A stretch of DNA of 64,000 nucleotides, taken from positions 10,556 to 74,555 of the forward strand of contig JAPOOC010000010.1 in NCBI GenBank assembly GCA_026713605.1, in the 5' to 3' direction. The notes beneath the pieces are model-generated. The model was not told the DNA's origin. It ran no database searches and was given only the letters and a program-made list of their open reading frames with translations. Shown one piece after another: positions 36,246 to 46,131 of the stretch. The position numbers and the translations under genes are program-made. The stretch is from Candidatus Kaiserbacteria bacterium (GTDB lineage: Bacteria > Patescibacteriota > Minisyncoccia > Phycocordibacterales > JABAAK01). The number at the start of each line of letters is the position of its first letter. Within the stretch, counting starts at the first letter, position 1.

Positions 36246-37208
36246 ATGTTTAAGGTATTGACAGGTGTATTTTTTTGTTGCGTTGTTTTTTTGGGATTCG
36301 CAGACGCTTCCACAGATCAGTTGCCGGTGGGTGAGGGGGTGTTGATCTCTCAACCAACACCTGTGGAACCTGAAGGTGTTGAGGAAGTTGAAGATGTAGG
36401 TGTTAGTGAAGATGAGGCACCTGAGGTGAGTGATGAGGAAGAAAGTCAGGAAGGTACCACCTCTGATCCAGTTGATGACGACCCCTCCTCGGCAGAACAA
36501 CAGCTGTCAGAGCGGATTCAGCAAATCGCTGATGAGGTAAGGGCAGATGAGGTCGGGTCTGGTCTCACCTTCTCCAGCACGATTGGTTATGCCGATCAGG
36601 GGGTGGACGCAGTACTCCCCGAGCACTTCTTCCGCGGACACATCGTTTCCCAAGGCATCTCTGCCTTCCACCCGGCAGGGTTCCGCCTTGCTGTTGAAAA
36701 CTTAACAAGTGTTTCGGGTGGTGCGTTCAGTGACTTGGGTGATAGGACGATATTGTCTGTTGAGGTGTGGAGAACCTTTGGTTCATTCTACGCCTCGCTC
36801 CAGCACCGGTGGGTGCATACGAATTGTGGTATGGAGTCAGATTTTTTCTATGCTGATCGGCATAGAACAAAATTGCAATCTGGGTTTTCACTCGGACCAC
36901 TGCAACTGTATGCACATGTTTCGTCCGATGTGCCGGCATATACGCCAGTCCATGAGATGGTGGTTTATGGTGGTGGAGGAGTTGACTTGAACATACCCCT
37001 CAGTCCCTTGAACACCGAGCTGTGCTTCGGCGCTTCAATTGCTGGGACAGCGTTCTGGTACCACCAAAGTCCCAGAGCTCTGTGCCGGTTCCGCGCTGGC
37101 ATTATCACCGATTTCGGTGGTTTTTCGGTCAACCCGGAAGCCACCCTCATAGTCGACCCCATCAGTGAGGAACATCTTCCCACTTTTTCTTTCAACATTG
37201 CTTTTTAG
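36246..37208 (+). CDS. secreted protein with acidic N-terminal region and beta-rich C-terminal domain ending in Phe
   Basis: Signal peptide MFKVLTGVFFCCVVFLGFADA; EEVEDVGVSEDEAPEVSDEEESQEG acidic tract; C-terminal ...FSFNIAF. Confidence 0.45.
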   Translation: MFKVLTGVFFCCVVFLGFADASTDQLPVGEGVLISQPTPVEPEGVEEVEDVGVSEDEAPEVSDEEESQEGTTSDPVDDDPSSAEQQLSERIQQIADEVRADEVGSGLTFSSTIGYADQGVDAVLPEHFFRGHIVSQGISAFHPAGFRLAVENLTSVSGGAFSDLGDRTILSVEVWRTFGSFYASLQHRWVHTNCGMESDFFYADRHRTKLQSGFSLGPLQLYAHVSSDVPAYTPVHEMVVYGGGGVDLNIPLSPLNTELCFGASIAGTAFWYHQSPRALCRFRAGIITDFGGFSVNPEATLIVDPISEEHLPTFSFNIAF

Positions 37209-37326
37209 CTTTCACTATTAGACACTTTCCTTGTTTGAGGAGGTGTCTAATTTTTTTGTTTTATATTGGTGGCTATTTCACCTTAACCATATGGATTGCT
37301 ACCAGTGACTCACATTTATTCCTTTG

Positions 37327-37401
37327 CCTCCTCGGTAGGATTCGAACCTACGGCCTACTCCTTAGAAGGGAGTTGCTCTATCCAACTGAGCTACGAGGAG
37401 G
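37327..37401 (-). tRNA. tRNA-Arg (anticodon TCT), no encoded CCA
   Basis: Minus strand: acceptor CTCCTCG/CGAGGAG, D-arm GCTCAGTTGGATAGAGC, anticodon stem ACTCC/GGAGT with loop CTTCTAA, T-arm GTAGGTTCGAATCCTAC. Confidence 0.8.
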
Positions 37402-37454
37402 TTATGTATAGTATATACTTAGTGTGTATATGATCTTTTTCTTGGAGGTTTTGT

Positions 37455-38264
37455 ATGGTCCGTGACTTTTCTTCTTTATTGAAAAAGCGGGAGGGCGAAG
37501 GGAAACACATCTGCGTTGGTCTTGAATCTGTCCTCAACTTAGATTCTGCAACCTTCCCACTTATTCGTGATGTTGCTGACTCTGTTTCTGATCTGGTTTG
37601 TGCGTTTAAGATTAACCCTGCTTTGTTTTTTGGGCGCGGTGACATTGGTTTTGAGTGGTTGTTATCACTTGTTTCTCACATCACCTCCTCCACTGATGTT
37701 CCGGTTATTTTGGATATAAAATGTGGCGATATTGATGTCATGAACGATGCGTGGAAAACATTTGCTTTTGACACCGTTGCTGCTGATGCGGTAACCGTGA
37801 ATCCGTGGGGAGGATTTGATTCTCTGAATTGCTTTTTTCGTGACACCCCCTCAAAGGGTGTTTTTATTTGGTGTCGCTCGTCCGCCTCTGGACATGGCGG
37901 ACCCCAGACATTTTCAACAAACATGATTCATTCGGTATATGAGAGAGTTCTCCACACCGCCTTTAAGCGGTGGGGGTCATATCCTGGTTTTGGTGTTGTT
38001 CTGGGTGCGAACGATGCTCGAGCACTCGCTTTATCTCGCCACATTGTTGGCGATAAAGTGCCCATTCTTGTTCCTGGTGTCGGACATCAGGGCGGCAAGA
38101 TTTCAGAGGTGGTTCCCGCTATTGCGGGTGATGATGGTCGTTTTATCATCAATGTCGGCCGATCCATTATTGACCTCTCTCGCAGTCACAATCTTGCGGA
38201 GGTGGTTCGGCAGAATGTTGAAAACCTTAACCATGCGGTTGTGCATGCGCTCGCACATTGTTAG
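37455..38264 (+). CDS. pyrF: orotidine 5'-phosphate decarboxylase (type 2)
   Basis: 269 aa; ICVGLES and ILDIKCGDI (DxKxxDI) motifs. Confidence 0.7.
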   Translation: MVRDFSSLLKKREGEGKHICVGLESVLNLDSATFPLIRDVADSVSDLVCAFKINPALFFGRGDIGFEWLLSLVSHITSSTDVPVILDIKCGDIDVMNDAWKTFAFDTVAADAVTVNPWGGFDSLNCFFRDTPSKGVFIWCRSSASGHGGPQTFSTNMIHSVYERVLHTAFKRWGSYPGFGVVLGANDARALALSRHIVGDKVPILVPGVGHQGGKISEVVPAIAGDDGRFIINVGRSIIDLSRSHNLAEVVRQNVENLNHAVVHALAHC

Positions 38265-38304
38265 ATTGTGTGGTGCCACTTTGCGGTGGCACTATTTTTA
38301 TACG

Positions 38305-38339
38305 CAAGAACGCCTTCGGCTCTGCCGAAGGCGTTCTTG
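38305..38339. terminator. bidirectional rho-independent terminator between pyrF and ssrA
   Basis: Perfect 15-16 bp stem CAAGAACGCCTTCGGC/CCGAAGGCGTTCTTG with loop TCTG; T-runs on both sides. Confidence 0.7.
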
Positions 38340-38355
38340 TTTGTGTCGGTTTTAG

Positions 38356-38744
38356 TGGAGGTGGCGGGAATTGAGCCCGCGTCCATGTCAACTGTCCTCT
38401 AAAGGTGTTTTACATAGCATCTGCACATGATAGGTTCTGTGCCGACCAATGTCTCTGCTTTTTTTGATGCTCCGGTTATAGCAGGGGATAGAGCCGAAGT
38501 CACTTTTTCTCGCTTTCTTACACCCGTACGGATTAGCGAGAATCATCCGTGGGATGGCTCATACCTTATTTGGATGAGCGAGGCATTTGCGTCGCCTAAG
38601 CGAACGCAGGTGCTGAGCTATTGATAAACTCAGTAAATGCCCGTGCAAATTTGTTTTTGTTTGCAACTTGTGGATGTTTTAGATGATCTCTCATCACTAT
38701 GCACCTATGGGGGACTGTGTTAACTGTCAAGGCCTGACACCCCC
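38356..38744 (-). ncRNA. ssrA: tmRNA (SsrA); proposed tag reading frame 38664..38596 encodes ANKNKFARAFTEFINSSAPAFA*
   Basis: 5' GGGGGTGTCAGGCCTTGACAG... acceptor pairs with 3' ...GCGGGCTCAATTCCCGCCACCTCCA (tRNA-Ala-like T-arm and acceptor). Internal ORF begins with the GCA resume codon and ends ...AFA-TAG. smpB is directly adjacent. Confidence 0.75.
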
Positions 38745-38791
38745 AAAGGGGAGCACCTCGGGTGGGGCTGAGATGCCCCCCTTTCGGAGTG

Positions 38792-39238
38792 TCAGATGCT
38801 TTGGCGCATTAGCCGTCGTATGGATCGATCACTGTCTCGTTTTTTAATTTCCTCTCTTTTGTCTCTTTTTGTTTTCTTGTTTGCAACTCCAATATCCAAC
38901 TTCAACTTCCGATTACAATTATATATCGTAAGCGGCACTAATGTCAACTGTTTCTCCTCACTGGATGTGTATAACCTCCTGATTTCGTTTTTGTTGAGTA
39001 GTAGCCGTCTTGGGCGATCCTCTTCGTACGCTATGATGATGTTCTTCGGTTGGTATGCTGGTATAGTCGCCCCTATTAAGAACGCTTCGTCGCCACGGAT
39101 GAATATTTTTGCCCCGGCAAGTGACCCTTGCCCCGTCCTAATACTCTTGACTTCTGTGCCCAATAATGATAGTCCTGCCCGCAAGGTATCAAGGATTTCG
39201 TAATGTTGCCGTATGTTACGGTTGGTAATGTACGCCAT
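38792..39238 (-). CDS. smpB: SsrA-binding protein SmpB
   Basis: RAGLSLLGTEVKSIR, GDEAFLIGATIPAY, RRLLLNKNEI and the C-terminal basic tail match SmpB. Confidence 0.9.
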   Translation of the reverse strand: MAYITNRNIRQHYEILDTLRAGLSLLGTEVKSIRTGQGSLAGAKIFIRGDEAFLIGATIPAYQPKNIIIAYEEDRPRRLLLNKNEIRRLYTSSEEKQLTLVPLTIYNCNRKLKLDIGVANKKTKRDKREEIKKRDSDRSIRRLMRQSI

Positions 39239-39275
39239 ATGTGTGTATAATACATCGTATATCTATGGTTCAAGT

Positions 39276-41360
39276 ATGCGTGGTGTAAATCCTAAAAATG
39301 GGGATGGTGCTGAGGGTGAAAAAACAGATTCATCCCATACAAAACCTACAAAGCGTAGGTGGTTTTTGCGTGGAAAGAAAGATCGTGATGCCCAGCGCAC
39401 TGGTGAGAGGCGTACTATTTTTAAAAAACTCTTTCAGAAAAAATCAACTACCAGTAAGAACAAGAAGGGGTCTCGTCGTCGTTGGGCGAACACTCTGTTT
39501 TGGATTTTACTCATTTACCTTGTCTTGTCGTTTGGTGTCGGAGGGTTAGGTAATCAGGAGGTGTTGAATCCAACAATCTCTGAGGTGGTTTCCTCAATTC
39601 AAGCGGAGAAGGTTGCAAGTATTGAAGTGAGCGGTAAAAGAGTTACTGTTACCTATGCGGATGATACTGTTGGTGAATTGCAGAAGGACTCTGTTGCTTC
39701 GTTTGATGAAACCTTGGCTAACCTCGGGGTGACTACTGGTGAGTTTGCCCGATTGAAGTATAGTGTTGTGAAGGAGGGCGGCTTTGGGTACTGGATGAAA
39801 CAGATCTTGCCGTTTTTGTTTCCACTTCTTATTTTTGGTGTTTTTTTGTGGTTTATTATGCGGCAAAGTAAGGGGATGGGTGGGATGCAGGTGTTCCAGT
39901 TTGGGCGGTCGCGAGCCCGATTTGTTAACCCTGATGATGAGCATGGGAAGGTTTCATTTAAAGATGTTGCAGGATTGGTGGAGGCAAAGCAAGAGTTGCA
40001 GGAATTTGTTGAATTTCTCAAACAACCGGATCGGTTTTTAAGTATTGGTGCAAAGGTTCCGAAAGGAGTGATGCTTACTGGTGCCCCTGGAACCGGGAAA
40101 ACTCTCCTTGCCCGGGCGGTCGCTGGTGAGGCGAGAGTGCCATTTTTCTCTATTTCTGGCTCTGAGTTTGTGGAGATGTTTGTTGGGGTTGGGGCATCCC
40201 GAGTGCGGGACCTGTTTTCTATGGCAAAGAAATCTGCGCCTTCTATTGTTTTCATTGATGAAATAGATGCGGTCGGGCGGGCGCGAGGTACTGGACTTGG
40301 TGGTGGTAATGATGAGCGGGAGCAGGCGTTGAATCAGATATTAGTTGAAATGGATGGTTTTGAGCAAACGGACAAGGTGATCGTGCTTGCCTCTACGAAT
40401 CGGCCGGATATTTTGGACAATGCGTTGTTGCGTCCAGGGCGCTTTGATCGAAAAATTGTCATTGACCTTCCTGATATAAAGGAGCGTACGGAAATTTTAC
40501 AAGTACACGCAAGAGGGAAGAAGATGGAAGAAGATGTTAGTTTTGAAACTATTGCTCGACGAACGCCTGGGCTATCTGGTGCTGACCTTGCATCTGTGGT
40601 AAATGAAGGGGCCATTTTTGCCGTTCGTGATTCCCGAAAGAGTCTTTGTCAGAAAGATTTACTTGCAGCTATTGAGAAGGTTATGCTTGGGCCTGAGCGG
40701 AAGGGACGCGTGATCACAAAACGGGAGAAACGAATGATCGCCTACCACGAAGCAGGGCATGCACTGTTGGCATCACTCCTTCCGTACGCTGATCCGGTGC
40801 AGAAGATTACTATTGTTTCTCGCGGACATGCCGGTGGTTATGTGCTTTCACTACCTGATTTTGAGCGACGGCTGAAAACACGAAAAGAGTTTGTTGATAC
40901 GATTATTATGGCACTTGGTGGCTATTCCGCGGAACAGTTGGTGTTTGGCGATGTGTCTACTGGGCCTTCCAGCGATCTGGTTGAGGTTTCACGACTGGCA
41001 CATGATATGGTTACCCGGTTTGGTATGAGTGATGTGGTTGGTCCTGTGGCGGTACGGCAGCCGAATTATTATGGTGTTGTAGGTGGTCGAGAAGGGCATT
41101 CGCAAGACCTTGAGAAACAAATTGATGCTGAGGTTGATAAAATTATCAAGCACTCGTATGATAGTGCCTTCTCGTTGCTGAAAAAAAATCGTGAGTCGCT
41201 GGATTCAATTGTTAAAAAACTACTGGAAGAGGAAACCTTAGAGCGAGAGGAATTTGAAGCACTCTTGCAGGAGCGAGGGGTTGAGGTGCAAAATGCGTTT
41301 AAAGATGATGAGGAGGAAAGGCGGGTGCAGGATCAGCAGGTGTCGGAAGCGAAAAAATAA
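39276..41360 (+). CDS. ftsH: ATP-dependent zinc metalloprotease FtsH
   Basis: [18 protein letters not shown] Walker A, AAA SRH, HEAGHAL zinc motif; the start is uncertain (the track ORF begins at 39213). Confidence 0.9.
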   Translation: MRGVNPKNGDGAEGEKTDSSHTKPTKRRWFLRGKKDRDAQRTGERRTIFKKLFQKKSTTSKNKKGSRRRWANTLFWILLIYLVLSFGVGGLGNQEVLNPTISEVVSSIQAEKVASIEVSGKRVTVTYADDTVGELQKDSVASFDETLANLGVTTGEFARLKYSVVKEGGFGYWMKQILPFLFPLLIFGVFLWFIMRQSKGMGGMQVFQFGRSRARFVNPDDEHGKVSFKDVAGLVEAKQELQEFVEFLKQPDRFLSIGAKVPKGVMLTGAPGTGKTLLARAVAGEARVPFFSISGSEFVEMFVGVGASRVRDLFSMAKKSAPSIVFIDEIDAVGRARGTGLGGGNDEREQALNQILVEMDGFEQTDKVIVLASTNRPDILDNALLRPGRFDRKIVIDLPDIKERTEILQVHARGKKMEEDVSFETIARRTPGLSGADLASVVNEGAIFAVRDSRKSLCQKDLLAAIEKVMLGPERKGRVITKREKRMIAYHEAGHALLASLLPYADPVQKITIVSRGHAGGYVLSLPDFERRLKTRKEFVDTIIMALGGYSAEQLVFGDVSTGPSSDLVEVSRLAHDMVTRFGMSDVVGPVAVRQPNYYGVVGGREGHSQDLEKQIDAEVDKIIKHSYDSAFSLLKKNRESLDSIVKKLLEEETLEREEFEALLQERGVEVQNAFKDDEEERRVQDQQVSEAKK

Positions 41361-41387
41361 TCAACAGTCCTGCCATGGGTGTTACTG

Positions 41388-42263
41388 TTAGTTACACACA
41401 CTGAACTGTGTTGGCGTTATGCAGAATGATACCGTGCCGTTTGCGGTGTAGTATTCGGTGAGGTTTTCTGTTGGGTTTTTCTCGGCGTACACCCTGACGC
41501 GGCTGAGGACTATGTCGTGCGGGTGCCCATACGGATTATCTTTTCCTGCGGAGTATACAATTGCATTTGGCTTGGTGTGCTGTAGAAAAGTTGCTGTCGT
41601 TGCGGTTTTTGATCCGTGATGTCCTGCTTTGAGTATCTCTATGTCATCCAGTTTTTCTGGAAAAGATTCTATGAGGAAATTTTCTATTTCGGTGGGCGCG
41701 TCACCGGTGAGTACTATTTCCGTATTGCCGTATGTTACCAGTAGTGCAACTGATGCGGCGTTTGTTTCGGTTACCTCCGTACTCAGTGGCCACAGAATAT
41801 CAAATTGCACACCATCAAGGAGGAACGAGCGTGGTTGCTGTATGGTGTGTACCCCTGCTTTTTCCTTCTCTATCGCCTCCATGACTTGCTTATACACACT
41901 ACTTTCTGACACTGCAAATGACTGCAGTATTGTTCCGACTGTGTATCGCTCCAATATTGGTATGAAACCGCCGATGTGATCCTCATCTGGGTGTGTCATT
42001 ACCACAACATCAATGTTTCTGTTTCTTGTTGACACTATATCATCAAGCGCACTGAGTACCTGTATCCCCCTACCTGCATCAATTACTACTCGATGGCTAT
42101 TTGGTGTCTCAAGTACTATGGCATCTCCTTGCCCGACATCGAGGAAGTGTACACGGAGTGGTTCTTCTTCTGTGAACAGCATGTGCCATACCAGCGCATA
42201 CCACCAGTAACCAATTATGAGTATGGTGGCGGTGAGTACAGTGATTGCTGTTTTTTTGTTCAT
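41388..42263 (-). CDS. ComEC/Rec2-type metallo-beta-lactamase domain protein (separately encoded C-terminal domain of ComEC)
   Basis: N-terminal [30 protein letters not shown] and [12 protein letters not shown] motifs of the ComEC MBL domain. Confidence 0.7.
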   Translation of the reverse strand: MNKKTAITVLTATILIIGYWWYALVWHMLFTEEEPLRVHFLDVGQGDAIVLETPNSHRVVIDAGRGIQVLSALDDIVSTRNRNIDVVVMTHPDEDHIGGFIPILERYTVGTILQSFAVSESSVYKQVMEAIEKEKAGVHTIQQPRSFLLDGVQFDILWPLSTEVTETNAASVALLVTYGNTEIVLTGDAPTEIENFLIESFPEKLDDIEILKAGHHGSKTATTATFLQHTKPNAIVYSAGKDNPYGHPHDIVLSRVRVYAEKNPTENLTEYYTANGTVSFCITPTQFSVCN

Positions 42264-42308
42264 TTCAGTTGTACTATAGCACTGTGTGATGCTATACTAT
42301 GGGAAATT

Positions 42309-42941
42309 ATGCAGTTGCTTTTTTTAGTTGTCCTTGTGTTTGCGATTATTGTGCATGAAGTTGCGCATGGGTATGTGGCATTATTACTTGGTGATCCGAC
42401 CGCGGAGCAAGAGGGGCGGCTGACCCTGAATCCCATTCCACACATTGACATACTTGGTACCCTCATTATTCCTGGCATATTACTCCTGAGTGGCTCAGGT
42501 ATTTTGTTTGGCTGGGCAAAGCCAGTTCCGTATAATCCATATAACCTGAAAGGGCGGTACGGTGAGGCGATGGTTGCCGCTGCAGGACCAGGAATCAATA
42601 TTGCCTTTGCGGTTGTGTTTGGTCTCCTATTTCGTTTTGGTGGCACCGTCCTCCCCGAGTCCCTACTCTATCTATGTTTGGCTGTGGTGCCAGTTAATCT
42701 TTTTCTTGCGTTCTTTAATTTGATACCCATTCCACCGCTTGATGGCTCAAAAATTCTGATGACTTTTTTACCAACACACCTTCGATTGCGATTTGAGCAA
42801 TGGCTTGCGTCGTTCACTGGTCGGCAGAATATCATCGCGCTTCTTCTTCTGTTGCTGTTTTTGTCATGGTTTGCTCTTGATTATGTGGTGATGTTGGTTG
42901 TTTTCTTGACTGAACACCTTACTGGTTCGGCAATTTTTTGA
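42309..42941 (+). CDS. site-2 protease family (M50) membrane zinc metalloprotease
   Basis: HEVAHGY (HExxH in a TM helix) and [13 protein letters not shown] (LDG motif); the start is at MQLLF rather than the track ORF start 42093. Confidence 0.6.
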   Translation: MQLLFLVVLVFAIIVHEVAHGYVALLLGDPTAEQEGRLTLNPIPHIDILGTLIIPGILLLSGSGILFGWAKPVPYNPYNLKGRYGEAMVAAAGPGINIAFAVVFGLLFRFGGTVLPESLLYLCLAVVPVNLFLAFFNLIPIPPLDGSKILMTFLPTHLRLRFEQWLASFTGRQNIIALLLLLLFLSWFALDYVVMLVVFLTEHLTGSAIF

Positions 42942-42982
42942 TGTTGCGTACTGCTTGGAAAATATGGTAGGATATAGGGTAT

Positions 42983-43393
42983 ATGCCGACAATGAATCAG
43001 TTGACCCGCAAGAAGCGGGCGAAACGCATAAAGAAAATCAAGACGGCTGCGTTGCGGCGTGGTTTTAATGCTGGTACAAACCGGACAACTTACTATTTGT
43101 CACCATTTAAGCGGGGTGTGTGTACCAAGGTTAGCACCTTGAATCCACGGAAACCAAACTCTGCAATGCGGAAGATTGCGCGGGTACGCCTTACAAATGG
43201 TATGGAGGTTACTGCGTATATCCCCGGTGAAGGGCACACTCTGCAAGAGCACTCAGTGGTTTTGGTTCGTGGTGGACGGGTAAAAGATATTGGTGTGAAC
43301 TATACCGTTGTCCGTGGCAAATTAAATACTGAAGGAGTTGAAGGTCGGAAACGAGCGCGCAGTCGATATGGCACGAAAAAACCAAAGGAATAG
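42983..43393 (+). CDS. rpsL: ribosomal protein S12
   Basis: [45 protein letters not shown] is a near-canonical uS12. Confidence 0.9.
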   Translation: MPTMNQLTRKKRAKRIKKIKTAALRRGFNAGTNRTTYYLSPFKRGVCTKVSTLNPRKPNSAMRKIARVRLTNGMEVTAYIPGEGHTLQEHSVVLVRGGRVKDIGVNYTVVRGKLNTEGVEGRKRARSRYGTKKPKE

Positions 43394-43396
43394 TGT

Positions 43397-43864
43397 ATGA
43401 GGAGGCCGTTAAAGAAAAAAAGGGTTATGGTGCCGGATGCGAAGTATGGTTCTGCAAAAGTCGGGCGACTTATTAATTATGTTATGGAGCGTGGGCAGAA
43501 GCAGGTTGCGCGGAAGATTGTGTATCAAGCATTTGATGAAATCCAGAAAGCGGAGAACAAGGATCCGCAACTCGTGTTTGAGGAGGCACTTCAAAATGTC
43601 GGACCGTTGACAGAACTGCGATCTCGCAGAGTTGGTGGGGCAAATTATCAAATACCGCAAGAGGTTTCTCCTGATCGACGGCTTGTGTTGGCACTGCGTT
43701 GGATATTGCAGGCAGCAAAGAGTCGGAAAGGTATCCCGATGTATAAAAAATTATCCCGAGAAATTATTGATGCGAGTAAAAATGAAGGGGCCGCGATAAC
43801 TCGTAGGGAAAACACACAAAAGATGGCAGAAGCAAACCGAGCCTTCGCGCATTTAGCGTGGTAA
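43397..43864 (+). CDS. rpsG: ribosomal protein S7
   Basis: GGANYQIPQEVSPDRRLVLALRWIL matches uS7; classic rpsL-rpsG-fusA order. Confidence 0.9.
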   Translation: MRRPLKKKRVMVPDAKYGSAKVGRLINYVMERGQKQVARKIVYQAFDEIQKAENKDPQLVFEEALQNVGPLTELRSRRVGGANYQIPQEVSPDRRLVLALRWILQAAKSRKGIPMYKKLSREIIDASKNEGAAITRRENTQKMAEANRAFAHLAW

Positions 43865-43897
43865 ACTATTATACATTCGTTACTTATATTTTATTGT

Positions 43898-46060
43898 ATG
43901 TCTGACACGAGAGATTATCCGCTGGAAAAAGTAAGAAACTTTGGTATTATTGCGCATATTGATGCGGGTAAAACCACCACGACTGAGCGAGTGCTTTTTT
44001 ATACTGGTGTGTCACATAAAATAGGAGAGGTGCACGACGGTGCGGCAGTTATGGACTGGATGGAGCAGGAGCGAGAACGCGGTATTACCATTACCTCTGC
44101 TGCAACGACTTGTTTTTGGGTGCCAACCCAGTTCGCAGGGAATAAGGAGCACAGTTATCGTTTTAATATCATTGACACCCCCGGACATGTGGACTTTACT
44201 GCGGAGGTTGAGCGATCACTCAAGGTGCTTGACGGTGGCGTGGTGGTATTTGATGGTGTTGCAGGGGTTGAGCCGCAGTCGGAAACTGTGTGGCGACAGG
44301 CGGATAAGTATGTTGTGCCGCGGATATGTTTTATCAATAAGCTGGATCGAACTGGTGCAAGTTTTGATCGGTCTTTTCAGAGTATTCTTGATCGTCTTTC
44401 GCCGAATGCGGTGCGTATGCAGCTGCCAATCGGTGAGGAGGATCAGATGGAGGGAGTAGTTGACCTGGTGGTCATGCGCGCATACTACTTTGAGGGTGAG
44501 ATGGGGTCAGTTATCCGTGATGAGGAGGTGCCGGAATCTATGAAGCAGGCGGCGGAAGAGGCGCGGGAACAGATTGTTGAGAAGGCGGCAGATGTTGATG
44601 ATACAATTGCAGAGAAATATCTTGGCGGTCAAGATATTAGTGTCGCAGAGTTGCAAAAAGCTCTGCGTGAAGGTGTTATTGCTAATAAGATTTTTCCTGT
44701 CTTTACTGGTTCAGCATTAAAGAATATGGGAGTGCAACTGGTGCTTGATGCAGTTGTTTCATACCTACCATCTCCGACAGATGTGCCACCAGTGCAGGGA
44801 ACCCATCCAAAAGATGAAAGTGTGACGCTTGAGCGAAAAGCATCTGATGATGAGCCATTCGCCGCACTGATATTTAAACTGCAAACCGACCCATTTGTCG
44901 GACAATTAGCATTTTTCCGGGTATATTCTGGCACACTGCATGCAGGTTCATATATTTTGAACTCTCGAACAGGGGATAAGGAGCGGATTGGTCGAATTGT
45001 GCGATTGCATGCAGATGAGCGAGAAGAGGTGAAGACGGTGTATGCCGGAGAGATTGCCGCAGCTGTTGGCTTGAAAGATGCGATTACTTCTGACACTATC
45101 TGTGACGAGAAGGAGCCCATTGAGTTGGAAAAGATCGTGTTCCCGGAACCAGTGATCCAGTTGCGTATTGAGCCGAAAACCAAGGCGGATCAGGAAAAGA
45201 TGGGGGTTGCGCTTTCTAAGCTTTCCGGTGAAGATCCGACTTTTCGTGCGTATACCGACGAAGAAACCGCTGAGACCATTATTGCTGGTATGGGGGAGTT
45301 GCACTTGGATATCATTGTTGATCGTATGAAGCGAGAGTTTAATGTTGAAGCGTCGGTTGGACAACCGCAAGTTGCGTATCGTGAAACTATACGCAAGGAG
45401 GCGGATGTTGAGGAGAAGTATATTCGTCAGACCGGTGGTCGCGGACAGTATGGACATGTGAAACTGAGGGTTGCGCCACTACCAGAGATGACCGATGAGG
45501 AAGTTGCGAATTTGCCGAAAAATGCGAAGCACACACCGTCGTTTATGTTTACAAACAATATCAAAGGAGGTGTTATTCCGCAGGAATACATACCAGCTAT
45601 TGAAAAAGGGTTGAAGGAGGTGATGGATAAAGGAGTGTATGCCGGTTATCCGATGGTGAACATTTCCGTTGATCTGTATGACGGATCCTATCACGAAGTT
45701 GATTCGTCTGAAATTGCCTTTAAGATTGCGGCGTCAGCGGCATTTCAAACAGGGGTGAAACAGGCAAACCCCGCTCTCCTTGAGCCAGTGATGAGTTTGG
45801 AGGTAACAACGCCGGAGGATAGTGTTGGTGATGTCAACGGTGACCTCTCCTCCCGTCGTGGACATGTTGAAGAGATGGAGGATCGTGGGAATCTGAAAGT
45901 CATTAAAGCAAAAGCACCGCTCGCTGAACTGTTCGGCTACACCACCAACCTTCGCTCTATCACCAACGGTCGCGGTACTTCTACGATGGAATTTTCCCAC
46001 TACGCGGAGGTACCACAAAATGTCGCTGAGGAAGTTGTTGCTAAACGAACTGGTAAGTAA
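43898..46060 (+). CDS. fusA: elongation factor G
   Basis: [25 protein letters not shown]1 motif, [13 protein letters not shown]. Confidence 0.9.
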   Translation: MSDTRDYPLEKVRNFGIIAHIDAGKTTTTERVLFYTGVSHKIGEVHDGAAVMDWMEQERERGITITSAATTCFWVPTQFAGNKEHSYRFNIIDTPGHVDFTAEVERSLKVLDGGVVVFDGVAGVEPQSETVWRQADKYVVPRICFINKLDRTGASFDRSFQSILDRLSPNAVRMQLPIGEEDQMEGVVDLVVMRAYYFEGEMGSVIRDEEVPESMKQAAEEAREQIVEKAADVDDTIAEKYLGGQDISVAELQKALREGVIANKIFPVFTGSALKNMGVQLVLDAVVSYLPSPTDVPPVQGTHPKDESVTLERKASDDEPFAALIFKLQTDPFVGQLAFFRVYSGTLHAGSYILNSRTGDKERIGRIVRLHADEREEVKTVYAGEIAAAVGLKDAITSDTICDEKEPIELEKIVFPEPVIQLRIEPKTKADQEKMGVALSKLSGEDPTFRAYTDEETAETIIAGMGELHLDIIVDRMKREFNVEASVGQPQVAYRETIRKEADVEEKYIRQTGGRGQYGHVKLRVAPLPEMTDEEVANLPKNAKHTPSFMFTNNIKGGVIPQEYIPAIEKGLKEVMDKGVYAGYPMVNISVDLYDGSYHEVDSSEIAFKIAASAAFQTGVKQANPALLEPVMSLEVTTPEDSVGDVNGDLSSRRGHVEEMEDRGNLKVIKAKAPLAELFGYTTNLRSITNGRGTSTMEFSHYAEVPQNVAEEVVAKRTGK

Positions 46061-46131
46061 CTTAGATTCCTACACAGAACAGTAACTCGTTCTCTTAGTG
46101 GGGTGTTTGACCCCTCGTAGCTGAGCGAAGA

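Noticed and set aside
38427-38624. 65-aa plus-strand ORF
   Set aside because: Lies inside the tmRNA gene.
44629-45457. Minus-strand ORFs inside fusA
   Set aside because: Antisense to EF-G.
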